Positions 1-13,312 of a stretch of DNA of 64,000 nucleotides are shown here, in pieces. The translations under genes and the position numbers were made by a program. Within the stretch, counting starts at the first letter, position 1. The number at the start of each line of letters is the position of its first letter. Origin of the DNA: Squalus acanthias (taxonomy: Eukaryota); the NCBI GenBank assembly GCA_030390025.1, contig CM059432.1, positions 94,056,001 to 94,120,000 on the forward strand. Reading direction: 5' to 3'. The notes below the pieces were generated by a model, which was given only the letters and a program-made list of their open reading frames with translations, was not told the DNA's origin and made no database searches.

Positions 1-849
1 CTTCCAATTTCAACTGAAGTGGGCAGAGAAAAAGTTAAGCAGAGAAAAGAAAGGAGGGCATATTTATTTTTGGTCAGCTAAGTATATGCCTCACACAGAA
101 ACTCATTACCATGTTTAAGAATCTTCAAGCCAACCTAGTGAAAAATTCACAACTGCAGAATTTCTGATTGCTCAATAATGCACACTCTTCCTCGACTGCC
201 ATAGGGATACAACCCAACTTAAAGACAAAGAGGTAAGGCACAGCTTGGCAGTGCCAACATTTCAGGACTCTCCAAATGTGTACAGGGTACTGCTAGAGCA
301 CAAGTAGTTAAAACTGCACAAGTTACCAGTACAGAACCCTGGCAAAGTTTCTACTGTTTGACCAGTTAGGGTTACCCTACCATTAAGATGTTGGCTTGCA
401 TGGTTCTCTGGAGACAAATTGAAAGAATCCCAGTCCTTAATATAGGACTACTATTCCAGGTTTCACTAGTGAAACAAATTGGTTCGTCAATCATCAGCAA
501 TACCCTGAAGTACTGCAGGCCTGCCTGGTTCAGTTATCAATTACCAAATCTGCTACAAGGGGTCAACTTGGTTCCAAACTTAACAGGCATGTCATCTTGG
601 TGCCATCTTAATCCAAAAAGACTCCAGTTATCTCCTCCACTCTCCAAGGAGGATAGTCACTAGTTGGTCAGTAGACAACTAATTAGTTGGTCATCAGACA
701 ACTAAAAAGCATAGGTTTTAACTATTGCTGGGTCGACAGCAAGTATGAGGAGCCCTTCACAAATGGTATGATAAGCAGCACAACTCACCATAAAATGTGA
801 GTGCTTCTCACTCTCCTGCTAATTACAGCACTGACACACACCAAACCTT

Positions 850-1600
850 ACAGAACAGTAGTTGAAGGTGGTGAGCTTTAGCAGTGCCTGCTTATCTCTC
901 TGAAACCTAATCATGGCAAGTACCAAACCCTAGATATATGAGCACATATCCTCATGTCTGGTCTCCAGATGACACTTTCCAGCAGCAGTCATCCCCGAGT
1001 TTCTTCATCAGCACTGCAATAGACATCTGCCAGTGTGCTGGAAGGATCTAAACAGGGTAGCTTGTGTCATGCCAGTCATACTATAACACTCTGCTTTCTG
1101 AACTCCCAGGTACTGATATGAATCAACAATTGGAACACATGCTACTTGCATCTTTCAATCAAAAGCTCAAAGATCCCTTCATATGCCATGCAAAGTCATA
1201 ATACTGCAGTTGTGGACACCCAGTAAAATATCCCACAAGTTAGCCCATTGTTGGTAGATTATATCGACCATTTTGAACAACACAATATCATCTGTTAAGA
1301 AGGAAAGCCTCAATACAGAAGGTTCCAGGAACAGACAATCCCAAGTCCATCCCTCAATATGCTATCCAATACACGGTTGATGAAAACACTGAATAGGAGG
1401 ACAGTGGAAACTGTGCTTCACTCCCCTTTTGAAAGAGACATTCAATGAGTTTCTCATCCATCGTACATGGATATTGGAGCTGCAATATGCAACCCAGATT
1501 AAATTGAAGATTTGGCCATGCACTGCTGGAGCTTTTAATTTTTCTATGAGGCACTAGATATAAAGCCATTAGGAAAATCAATGATAGCAATGTAAGTGGG
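850..1600 (-). pseudogene. Ancient, heavily decayed non-LTR retrotransposon reverse transcriptase remnant
   Basis: Minus-strand translation across frameshifts gives RT motifs in the expected order: IDF..ALY.VPH, KRGVKH..PLSS..FSVFIN, LTDDIVL, QWANLW, YQYLGV. Confidence 0.55.
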
Positions 1601-1881
1601 TCTCCCCTCCCACCCACGCGAGCCTTTCAATGTTCTGAGATCTTCAAAAAAGCCACAATCTAATTCTCAACATTCCTTAAAAAAGCAGAAACCAATCCAA
1701 GTTATCTACTATTGCGCCTGTTCAACCAGATAATTACAAAGTGTCATTCTCAGGTTTGATAACAGGTTACAGTACCTCTTGGTTGGCAGTGCGAATGTGA
1801 GGGAACACCACAGATTTTTTTTCTAGATCAAAAAATATATTTACTAAAAGAAGAATGTACAGTTCAGTTTCAAGACTTATC

Positions 1882-2279
1882 GGGTACGGTAGCGTAGTGG
1901 TAATGTCACTGGGCTAGTAATCCAGAGGCCTGGACTAATGATGCAGAGACGTGAGTTCAAATCCCACCACGGCAGCTGGGGAATTTAAATTCAGTTAATG
2001 AAATAAATCTGGAATAAAAAGCTAGTATCAGTAATGGTAACCATGAAACTATCGGATTGTTGTAAAAACCCATCTGGTCCTTTGGAGAAGGAAATCTGCT
2101 GTCCTTACCTGGTCTAGCCTATATGTTGACTCTTAACTGCCCTCCGAAATGGCCTAGCAAGCCACTCAGTTGTATAAGGCGGCTCACTACCACCTTCTCT
2201 AGGGCAATTAGGAATGGGCAATAAATGCCGGCCTTGCCGGCGACGCTCACATCCCGTGAATGAATAAATTAAAAAAAAA
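1882..2279 (+). mobile_element. tRNA-derived SINE
   Basis: A-box-like TAGCGTAGTGG and B-box GAGTTCAAATCCC; LINE-like 3' tail (GGGCAATAAATGCCGGCCTTGCC...GAATGAATAAA) followed by an A-run. Confidence 0.8.
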
Positions 2280-3139
2280 CTTAGCTGCTTAGTTGACCTT
2301 TACTCATCATGATTTACAGTATTAGGGGGTCTAACAGCAACCCGCTACCACATACAATTCTATGAACACACTGTTCATCTGAAGTATAACTCTTTAGTCA
2401 TTTATAATAAGTACTGCCTAAAAATGTAACATTTGTACAAAATGTACCAAAAATTCGATTTTATTCAAATACAATTTGTATTCACCAGTCACCTTAAAGG
2501 ACTCAGAATAAAGAGGTTTAGTGGTATTCTTCAACAGCAATTCTAACAGAAGAATTCTTTTTACCAGATCATATTGAGTGGCAGGTTGTGTGAGACAAAA
2601 AATACAGGTTACTGTACTACAGACTAACATTTTCAGACAGAGGGGGTGAAATTCACCTTCAGGAGGGGCACAAATCTGGCAGTAGCAGATCAGCCGCCAG
2701 TTATACACCTGCCTGATTCTACTTTCCATTGAAGTCACCCCAGAAAATCTATAATGAAATTCCCATCTCAGTTGTTATAACTTTGAGAGTTGGCATGGGG
2801 CATGGTTAAGTAACCAACAAATATATATTTATTTAAAAAAAATTAATAGCCTATATATTTTGTAAACAGATTTATGAGCATTTGTTAACATGAACCCAGT
2901 TTGTAGAAGCCGCTTAGTGCCAAAGCATAGCTAAGCTTTAACCCTAGACACAGATTAATGGAAGCTTCAACATGTTAACAGTTGCATGCCACTTGCAATA
3001 GCTGTGCAATCTAAATGTACTATATATAGATTACCCCCGTAATCTACTGCAAATGATTCCTCGTAATGCTGCAGTAATTGCATCACAAAAACGAGGTTAA
3101 TACCCACTTGTGAGCTCACACAGCTCGGAGATGTTTGAA

Positions 3140-3495
3140 GTAAACAAAGAAAACGCTGGATGTACAGCAGGTCAGACAGCATGTACAAAGAGAAAAGACA
3201 GGAAGACATTTTTGGGTGCCTACCCTTTATCAAAACTGAAGATCTGTGCGAACCTCTTCTGTGCCTTCTCATCCCACAACTATTTGCACATTCTTTATTC
3301 CTTTTTACTTTTCTGCATCATCTCAGATGATATTTTATATAAGCCAACAGTTTACTATTAAGCAGTTTCCTGATCATTAACTCTGATGAAGAGTACGCAC
3401 CCGAAATAGCATAACCTGCTTTTTTTGCTCCTCTTTACAGAGGCTGACTGGCCTGCTGTGAATTTTCAGAATGTTCTGTTTTTATTTCACATTTC
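3140..3495. mobile_element. Short Penelope-like element remnant with inverted terminal (pLTR-like) arms
   Basis: The arms at about 3140-3240 and 3380-3495 are diverged reverse complements of each other and resemble the Penelope terminus at 13180-13310. Confidence 0.6.
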
Positions 3496-3535
3496 CTGCA
3501 TTTACACTAAAATATTCGATCTCTCCAAAAAGCAA

Positions 3536-4290
3536 GGAACCAAAATTTGCAGTCCCAATGACGGCGAACTGGCAGCGTTGTGTCCATCATTCTGCCTTTG
3601 AAACTGACCGCAACTTCAGGATTTACCGCATGCGCAGCCTAATGCGGAAATCCTGAAATTGTGGCCCGTCATTCACTACTCCTCCACAGGCAGCGCTGTG
3701 CCCCCCATCCCATAGAGCTGGCAATCAGTGAAATCTCTCAAATCAGGGAAACTGACGAAAACTTCAGCAGTAATTACTCTGTTAAATTCCCCACTAAAAG
3801 TTAGACCCAAAGGGATTAGGTGTAACTGGGGTTTTAACAGTGTATTGACTGCTAAACAAAGGTTATGGGCCTGAAAAACTAATTTTAATTTTGTGCTGTG
3901 TCAAATTTATCCATTTTAATAAAAATTACAATTGAATTTTTTTTTCAAGATCTTTTTTTAAAGTTTGTTCATCTTAATTTCAGATTTGCCTTTTCCCCAT
4001 GTGAGAGCCCCAATCTTTGTTTTACTCTCTAACATTTTTAAAAAGTTAGATGTTTAGGAGCTTACCCACTTCCTGGTTCGCTATCTGTGAGAATTCTGTG
4101 TTTTGATTGGCTGCTTAGACAGCTTGTTGAGGTCACAGCAGCTCGCACTATGGGATTCCCACTAAACAACGTTGATTTGAATTACATGTCAGAAAACCCG
4201 AAATTCTCAACACAGAGATCTTTGTGCGAAGCTTACTTCGGGGCCAGCGGCGAATGCCTTTGCTTCGCCGCTGGCCGCAAATTTCAGGCC
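3536..4290. mobile_element. Non-autonomous DNA transposon (Harbinger-like MITE)
   Basis: Imperfect TIRs GGAACCAAAATTTGCAGTC and (reverse complement) GGCCTGAAATTTGCGGCC; CpG-rich subtermini around an AT-rich core; related in reverse orientation to 26400-28272. Confidence 0.6.
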
Positions 4291-4439
4291 ATTAATTTAC
4301 AAATTTAAAGATAACTCAACATTCTTAGTTTTGTTCAGTCTAATTCAGTTAATGCTTTGCTTTTTTTATGTTTAAGTAGTGACTGTTGAGGACATCATCT
4401 GTGACACTAGCTTAGAAAGGTTACTGAAGCCAAGAGCAT

Positions 4440-4635
4440 GAGAGATGTGCTGTCTTTCAGATAAGACACTGAACTGAAGCTCCGTCTTCCCTCTCAGATA
4501 GACGTAAAAGATGCCATGGCACTTTTTGAAGAGCTGGGGAGTTGTCTTGGTGTCCTGACCAATATTTATCTCTCAACCAACATCACTTTAAAAAAAGATT
4601 ATCTGGTCATTATCACATTGCTGTTTGTGGGAGCC
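4440..4635 (+). mobile_element. Deu-domain SINE fragment (SacSINE1/AmnSINE1-like)
   Basis: Matches the internal part of the fuller copies at 34763 and 50530 (GACGTAAAAGAT.CCATGGCAC...CTCAACCAACATCAC...GCTGTTTGTGGGAG). Confidence 0.7.
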
Positions 4636-6569
4636 ATATCATCAGGGTTAACGGGGCGGTAAGGCTAATGACCCCATTTTGAGGCTGTTACCATCCAGTT
4701 AGCGCCAGGTGAAGCAAGTGAAGAAAAAAAAAAATCGACCCCTCAGTCCCTTGCTGTGACTCAATGTTTGTATTTATTATTGAACCTGTAAATACATCTA
4801 TTTGATTAACCTTTTCACATTCGTCTGACAGCGTGGTACTTTGTCTTTTAAGAGACAGAAGAACAAGCTGGGCATCCCACATGATCTCCATGGTCAATAC
4901 CTCAATTAGGACGATTGATGATACTGGGCATGCTATGTCACCACACCACAGAATGGCACAGGCTTCGGTTCATTGGAGACTTGGTCAGCTTATGGAAACC
5001 ACGGCCCTGAATTTCTGCAGGGGTTCTCTCGATCTCTTGCCGAAGTTATGATAGGAGACTGGGAGAAAAACCATGGAAATTGTCAGCCCACCTTTTTGTA
5101 ACGAGCCCAAACTACAACACTAGTATTCTCTAGGTTCAGAGAACTGTTTCACTGCAGCTTCATTCTTGGAAGTTTACAGTACCATCCAAGTCCCTCGATT
5201 AGAGTCTTGATACCAACACCTGAATATCTATTATATGTTGCAGAAAGTGCATTTCTATAGTTCTACAATGTCCCAATTGCCTGATTCAATTTGAAAATCC
5301 AAGACTGAATTGCAACATTTTACAGTAACACTAACAGTTTATGCAGAGATGACTAATTCAGTTACTAGTAAAGAATATACTCCAACATAAATTCAAAAAT
5401 AACTGACTTAACAATTGGTTTTATTCTTCCAATTTCATGTTAAATCAATGTATGGCCTTCATATTACATTAAGATTAATTGTACAGGAACTATTCTTTGA
5501 TTCTAAGGAACTGGACATGGTTCATTTAATTTTAGGCATAGTTCAAGATTCTTATCCTTTACCAGCTAAGTTGCAGAAGATATTTGGGCCGGCGGGGGGG
5601 TAAAACATTATTATGCAACTATTTAATAGCAAGTAACTGCTAGCAGCAACATTTCACACAACGACTTTTTTTTTTAAAAAGCAATTAAATTTAGGATTTA
5701 GACATGATTCATCCCATACTGAGATTATGGTATAGTGAGGTACAGAACCAGTGAGGCCAGACACTTCCGCACAGAAAGCAAGAGAAAATCGAAAGAAACC
5801 TGGACAGCCAGTCACTCCAAGCCCTCCTGCACATCTTTGCAACCAGCCACACGCTGGCAGACACCACTGATAAAATCTCCACCCTAAATTGTGTGTCAGG
5901 GAAGAAAAGGTATGAGCAAAAATAAACTCCTGGGTATACTTCTAATGCCTAGTATTTGTGTAGGAAATTGGCAACTGTTTTATGGTTGAAATCCTCATCT
6001 ACAAAATAACAGACCCGGGGCTATTTTTGTTTTAAGCATTCTGCTTTAATAGCACAATTGGAATCTCCCACATGTACAATTTGAAGCGTCCATTTGGCTA
6101 ATGACATCCATGCGACTGCAAAATGAATTCCATGCATCCCATAATCACTGACGAAGGTTCAAGGAAATCTCTACAGTACACAAATAAATGTTCAATAGGT
6201 AAATGATTAACCTTAAAAAAAATTAATACTTGTGAAATAAAAATATAGAATGCTACCGAGGGTCTGATGAATTTATAGTTAAGCATAACAAAGTCAATTG
6301 ACTACAGATGTATTTAATATTTGCAAACTATTTGGTCAATGACTGTTTTTGTATTGCTGTTTTGGTGCATTTGTTTTTATATACTGTACGCATTAATCCA
6401 GCAATCACAATAAAATTGTTGTGAAGTAAAACCCATAGAAAGTAAAACTACATTTGTTCCAGACTTTGGAAACTTGCATAACTTATTACTACTATGTAAT
6501 TCATTTAATACTTTTATAATAATGGGTAATAAGTCATTTATTACTTACAAATCACTTTACTGTACTAGG

Positions 6570-7560
6570 GGATTGAGGATAGGCACACCAATGAAGGATA
6601 GGACCAAACGTTCAGTACTTCAACCCACTTCACATTTACATGGCAGGTATTGAGCAGATGGCCACCACTGCTCCTTCCTGCCTGCCCTTCCAAACCTCCT
6701 ATGAAGTTCTTTACTATAATTCTAGAAATAATAGCCCTACATCCCCTTTCCTATCAGGAACTTATCCAGTTCTTTTTCTGTTCCACCACCACACTAGTAA
6801 TCTGTCCCATAATTCTATCACCCTCTTACTAAAAATAAATGTTGCCCAAATGTTATGTTTCCCTTTGACACCATTAACTTAAAATGTGTCCCCTAGTCCT
6901 CGAACCCTGTGCCGAACAAGAGGTTTCTTGAATCCAAATCTCTCTACCTATGAAAATATTCAAAATTTCTACTAAGTCCCTCCTCCTCCTCCTATCCAGA
7001 AAATAACCCAGCCCTCTTAGCTCAAGGTCAGCTTAGTGCCCTCCACGTATCCAACAGCTCTCTTTCCTGTTGTTAAATTCTAACATCTTCAACTAACCTC
7101 ATCACTTTACAACTACCCGTGTTAAATTCCATCTGCCAACTCTCTGCCCATTGACCTTGCCTATCCAGGTCACTCTGGACTATCAGACATTAGTTGGATC
7201 ACTGGTCACTGCACCCAATTTGGTGTCATCTGCAAAGTTAAGATAGAGTATGGAATATTGTTCAAGCTAATTATAAACAACAGTGGCTCCAGCACTAACT
7301 GCACTGGGATCCACCCATCAACCGGTTTGCATTCTGACACTCCCCCATGCACCACCAATGTTTCGGCCATGCATCAATCAACCTATCTATCCCCATGGCC
7401 ATGCACCTTGTGAATCAGTCCGTTATTTGGCACAGTATCAAAAGCCTTACTGAAATCCAGGATGATAATATCCACGGCCTCATCCTCACCAGATCTGTAA
7501 ACCAATCTATGAAATCCAATAAGTTAGTAAGGCACAACTACTCGCTTTTGAAAATGTGCT
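6570..7560 (-). mobile_element. Decayed CR1 LINE, RT and 3' portion
   Basis: Minus strand retains FADDTKLG (CCCAATTTGGTGTCATCTGCAAA on +) and YLDFSKAFD-like remnants. Confidence 0.65.
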
Positions 7561-7617
7561 GGCTCCCTCTAATCGGACAAGTCTATAACTTGATGATTCA
7601 TGTGTTACCCCTGGAGA

Positions 7618-8346
7618 GGCCTGGAGTTTCCGCTCGATTGCGCTAGTTTTTTCAGTGCAAATCGCCCGATATCGGCGTAACCAGCGCAAAAGATTGAGGA
7701 ATTTTAACCACAAATTGCATTCAGCACGACTCTAGTTTCCGTGATCTTTTTCGCTAGTTTTAACATCATCGCACAAGAAGCTGGCTCCGCTCACAAAACT
7801 GGCTACACCCCCAGGATGAATTAATACCATTGGGGGTTTCCGCTAATTGCACTCATTTGCAGGCCTTCGAGGAGGCTCCGAAAGTTAAGCTGGAACTTTT
7901 GATATAAGACATCAACAGGTACGTTTTGAAAGATTTTTTTTTAATTTACTAAAGGAACTGACTACTGTACCCCAATCTAATTGGAAAATAATTGTACATT
8001 TTTATTAAAAGTTATTTTCAGTAATTTTAAATCATGTTACTCTCAGGTGGTGGATTGACACCGATTTAAAATACTTATTTTTGTGATAAACCCATTTTCA
8101 GCTATATTAATCAAACTTTACCAAGCTACTACTCTTAAATATATCAAAGGAATATTTTTCAAAGCTATATTATTGATAAAAAGAATTACACTTTAAAACG
8201 CTGCCCGATTGCACTGGTTCACGGCAGATTTTGCAATATGCAAATGAGTTTGAGCTGAAACTCGAGGCGGGGGTGGAAAACACTTTCAAAATAGGTGGAA
8301 GCTGTGTCAGAATCACCGATTGCGCCCAAAACAGAAACTCTACCCC
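7618..8346. mobile_element. Harbinger-like MITE
   Basis: Imperfect TIRs GGCCTGGAGTTTC and (reverse complement) GGGGTAGAGTTTC, 10/13 identical; flanked by a 3-bp AGA duplication (7615-7617, 8347-8349). Confidence 0.6.
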
Positions 8347-8649
8347 AGAGAATATACTAATGGATGATACTGTGATATAGCTTCATAGAGAAAGCAATTA
8401 ATTATTTTGAAGCACAAAATATGTTGGTAGGCTCTCCAGACAGAGGTGGAACCATTATAGAGCAGCACTTATGCCTGAAAAAAAGAATATGATAAAAGGA
8501 TAAAAGATAGGAGATAGCAAACTTGGCAGGCCAACAGATTAGCAACACTGATAGTGAGACTGAAAACTTACAATAGCTTACTTTGTGGATAACATATCAG
8601 TGATAGAATACTGTTTAAGAGAAGAGCCTACTGTTTAAGAGAAGAGCCT

Positions 8650-9448
8650 ACAACAACTTGTATTTATATAGCACCTTTAACGTAGTAAAACGTCCCAAGG
8701 TGCTTCACAGGAGACAATAAAAAGTTGGCACTGAGCCACACAAGGAGAAATTAGGGCAAGTGACCAAAAGCTTGGTCAAAGAGGTAGGTGTTAAGGAGCA
8801 CCTAGAGGGAGAGGAGAATTCCAGAGCTTAGGGCCTAGGCAACAGAAGGTATTGCCACCAATGGTTGAGTGATTAAAATCAGGGATGCTCAAGAGGGCAG
8901 AATTAGAGGGGCGCAGATATCTTGGGGGTTGTGGGGCTGGAGGAGATTACAGAGATGGGGAGGGGCAAGGCCTTGGAGGGATTTGAAAACAAGGATGAGA
9001 ATTTTAAAATCGAGGCTTTGCTTAACCGGGAGCCAATGTAGGTCAGCGAGCACAGGGGTGAGTGGTGAATGGGACTTGGTGCGAGTTTGGACACAGGCAG
9101 CCTAGTTTTGGATGACCTCAAGTTCACGTAGGGTGGAACGTGGGAGGCCAGCCATGAGTGCGTTGGAATAGTCAAGTCTGGAGGTAACAAAGGGATGGAT
9201 GAGGGTTTCAGCAGCAGATGAGCTGAGGCAAGGGCGGAGACAGGCGATGTTAGAGGTGGAAATAGGCGGTGAATGTGGTTGGAAGCTCATTTCAGGGTCA
9301 AATATGACACCAAGGTTGCGAACAGTCTGGTTCAGTCTTAGACAGATGCTAGGGAGAGGGATGGAGTTGGTAGCTAGGAAACAAAGTTTGTGGCGGGGAC
9401 CAAAGACAATGGCTTCGGTCTTCCCAATATTTAATTGGAGAAAATTTC
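8650..9448 (-). mobile_element. L2-clade LINE, 3' fragment
   Basis: Translation AETLIHPFVTSRLDYSNALMAGLP...IQN is typical of the L2 RT C-terminus; 3' end GGTGCTATATAAATACAAGTTGTTG. Confidence 0.85.
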
Positions 9449-11384
9449 AAATTTTTCAAATAGGGAGACAAGCCATACCTTAACTCCTGGCCTTGCAACT
9501 TAAGGAAGCAGAAAATAGAAATTCAGACAGAAGAGTACAGAAACTCAAGAAAGATCAGTAGAGTAAATGAGAGACACTGCAGAGAGCTGTATAAATCAGA
9601 ACTATCTTAACAAGTCAGATTATGAGTGCCTTTGGAGAACTTATATTGAAGATGCTAACTACAGCTGTTCTCTCAATTCAGTTGAATGTATCGGCAACAC
9701 ATACTATTTAACCATACTTTTAATAAAGATATTTTAACGTACAATGGGATAGCTACACCTTGTAAAACTGCTTCCTGGTCCTCTGATATTGAAGAAAAGT
9801 AGGAGGGAAAATAACCTTGACACTTAAAATATCTGATAAACAGGGTCAGCTGTAAATACTGGCTCAAATACACATAGAGCAACAGGTCTGCCGATTGCCA
9901 TAGCTGAGAGAGAAGCAGCCTATACTGTGGCAACAATTCCTTGGGATTTTATTCCTGGGCATAGTTAGTGCATTTGAGAAACGATTGACTCTGTAACTCC
10001 AGTGTCCTGCTCTATCAAAAAGAGCAAGTTATTTTTTGGGAGGGTTGAACTTTTGGCGAGTTTCCATTTTGCACATCCAATACCAGCATCAGCACATCCA
10101 GATCAGTTAATATGTAACCAGCTCCACAACCTCCCTTTAATATTAAGATGTGCTGACTTTTAAAAAAAATTATAATTTAAAAAGAGTACTGTTAAAAACT
10201 GTTTAGAATGCCCTCCCGACATGCCTTCTCTCTATTAAACACCAGAAGGATTTTTAAAAAGCTTATTTTCATTTTTCTATTTTCCATTTATTTTTAAGAA
10301 TTAGTAAGTAAAGCTTCAAAGGAAGTAAGGAAAAACAAAATACTAACTCACTGATGAATGTTGCATGATCTTTATTGTAATAAATTTATTTCATAATGAT
10401 TGTGGAATAAAAAAAAGTTACAAAGATTATATTGAACATGGTCATCTCATCGTATTTTCTAGCCCCTTAAATTGCCCAGCTACATTATATTTGTGCAGAA
10501 CTAGACTACTCTAACCCTCAAACAAGCAAGTGGACTTATCAGTATAGCAAGTTATGGAAAGAAATATGCTTGTATATAATGAATTTACATTTTGGTTGTC
10601 TAGAAGTCTGGCCTATTGGAAAGGGAAGCAGCAAAAGGCCCAGGAAAAGAAAAGATTTTCCTTGCTATAGTATCCTAATATTTTGTTTCTACTCTACCAT
10701 AGGAGTGCAACTGAAGAAAATGAGAGGTACAGGCCAAGGTGAACAGAAGTTATGATTGAGTATTACCTAATACTATCAGAGAATCAATTATGTAGCCATT
10801 TAGATTAAGAACAGTGTCACTAATATTCAAATAGGAATAACTGGTATTAACATTCAGGAGAAACTGTTCCTTTATATGATAACACTTCCATAATAGTATT
10901 TGGTATTTACCACAGTAGTCAGGCATTCAGAGCCAGTCAACCACAAAAAAACAAGCTATCCCTGCACACACACCTCTAATGAACAAATAAAGGGCAGAGT
11001 GGGAAAAAATAATCTTTCTCTTGACAGGATGACCTTCATAGCCCAGGCAAGATAAAATGTGCATTCACACAACAAAGTTCAATAACAACTAACACTCCAG
11101 ATCATTATCGTCCACAAACATTTTTATTGTGATTTTAGAATTTTAGAAAAAGACATTCATGGTCAAATCAACTGGCACATATCATACATCTCGTCAAAGC
11201 CACAGCCTTCCTCTAAGTCACCGTTAGCCTAATGTCTCACAGATACGTACATATCCACTCCATCCTCAGTCAAACATCAGTTTAATTCAAAAGCTCAAGC
11301 TAAAATGTTTTGTTCCCCCTATTTTACTCTCCAATTGTCTGTCCCTGCCCGAAATCAGTGACTCCTGCTGGTTTGACTTCATAG

Positions 11385-11675
11385 GTGGAGGTGGCCCTAC
11401 AAGTGGCCATTCTTTACATGGGCATTGACATGCTATTTAATAAAGACCGTCAAAGCCAAGTCCAATCCTGTCCTTGCCTAACGTTTACACATGTGCATTT
11501 CTAGTAGAGATCACAATCATAAGCAAGAGCTTTTATCCCTTCTTAGATGTGCCAAGGACAATTGCAGCAATAGCTGAAAACAGCTAACTCAGCACAGATC
11601 AGGATTTGAACCTGGACATTCTTGATCTGCATGGCTTAGTACCACACCATGCAGTACATGTACCCACTGAGCCAA
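11385..11675 (-). mobile_element. Decayed tRNA-derived SINE
   Basis: Minus strand has A-box TGGCTCAGTGG and B-box GGTTCAAATCC. Confidence 0.55.
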
Positions 11676-12284
11676 AGAAACTCCACAAGGGACACATTTT
11701 TATTCTTGCCAGGTAAAGCATTTTAATTTACCTCATGTTCTACCAAATGTCTATGGAGAATTCCTTAACAGAAGTTACATTTTAATTCAAAACAGATGGA
11801 TACATTTTAAATCAGATCAGCAACAACTGCCAATTGCAATATCAATGTAAATAGAACAGTGGATTCTCAAACTAGTAACTACAGTATTGCCTGAGTACCA
11901 TCCCACAAAAAACATTAAAAATTAAAATAAACATCAGCAGCTGCAGTTACACTGAATGTCCCGACCATTAAATTCCAAGGAGGACAAGTAAAGTCAGTAG
12001 AAAATTAGGACAAAAGTGAGAAAAAAGCAGCTACATTCTGTCGCTGTTGTATGTGCCTCCATTAGAACACACACTTTGAGAATGTGTAGAACTAAAATCT
12101 ACACAATATCCATTGTAAACATACTATGCCTTCTTCCCATGTATTATTCCCCCCAAAAAATGCACAATAGGTTTTCACTACTTCATAGAAATAGCCCAGC
12201 ACAGGATTTCTGAACACATTTCTCCTTGGACATCATAGTATATATTAGACGTTATAGTACATGTTAGAATGTTATAAAATATTT

Positions 12285-13312
12285 CCGCACTTCTGCTCTC
12301 ACCCCTTCCCTTCCCTCCCAGAACCACGATAGGGTTCCCCTTGTCCTCATCTTTCACCCCACCAGCCTCCACATTCAACAGAACATCCTCTGCCATTTCC
12401 GCCACTGCCAACGTGATCCCACCACCAAACACATCTTACCCTCCCCTCCTCTCAGCATTATGAAGGGACCGCTCCCTCCGCGACACCCTGGTCCACTCCT
12501 CTATCACCCCAAACGGCACCTTCCCGTGCAAGCGCAGGAGATGCAACACCTGCCCCGTCACCTCCTCCCTTCCCACTGTCCAGGGCCCCAAACACCCCTT
12601 CCAGGTGAAACAGCGATTTACTTGTACGTCTTGCAATTTAGTATACTGTATTCGCTGCTCACGATGCAGTCTCCTCTACATTGGGGAGACCAAACGCAGA
12701 TTGGGTGACCGCTTTGCAGAACACCTCCGTTCAGTCCGTAAGCATGACCCCCCGAGCTTCCGCTTGCCTGTCACTTTAATTATCCGCTCCACTCCTGCTC
12801 TGTCCTCAGCCTCTTACACTGTTCCAACGAAGCTCAACGTAAGCTCAAGGAACAGCACCTCATCTTTCGATTAGGGACTTCACAGCCTTCTGGACTCAAC
12901 ATCGAGTTCAACAATTTCAGATCATAACCTCTGCCCCTATTTTTTCCCCACATGGCAGCTGTTGATGATTCTAACATTCCCATTTACATCTCTTCTAGAT
13001 ACATCTTTTGTTTCTTTACTTGTCCCATTACCATCTCCTTTTGTGTACTATCTTATCTTTTGTCATTTAATCACTCCTGCCTTCCACCCTAACAGACCTT
13101 GTCTTATGTTCTTTCCTCCCCTCTCCCCTTTCCCTGCCCTGCACTTGCTTAAAATCTGTTACATCTCTAACTTTTTCCAGTTCTGACAAAAGGTCATCAA
13201 CCTGAAACGTTAACTCGGTTTCTCTCTCCAGATGTTGCCTGACCTGATGAGTATTTCCAGCATTTTCTGTTTTTATTTCAGATTTTCAGCATCCGCAGTA
13301 TTTTGCTTTTGT
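12285..13312 (+). mobile_element. Penelope-like element, 3' part (GIY-YIG endonuclease plus pLTR)
   Basis: ORF 12605-12874 reads FTCTSCNLVYCIRCSRCSLLYIGETKRRLGDRFAEHLRSV, the Penelope GIY-YIG signature; terminal sequence is shared with 36250-36400. Confidence 0.9.

Noticed and set aside
1882..1965. tRNA genes (also at 28540-28613, 34763 and 50530)
   Set aside because: These are SINE heads with A/B boxes that run on into SINE bodies; no complete cloverleaf.
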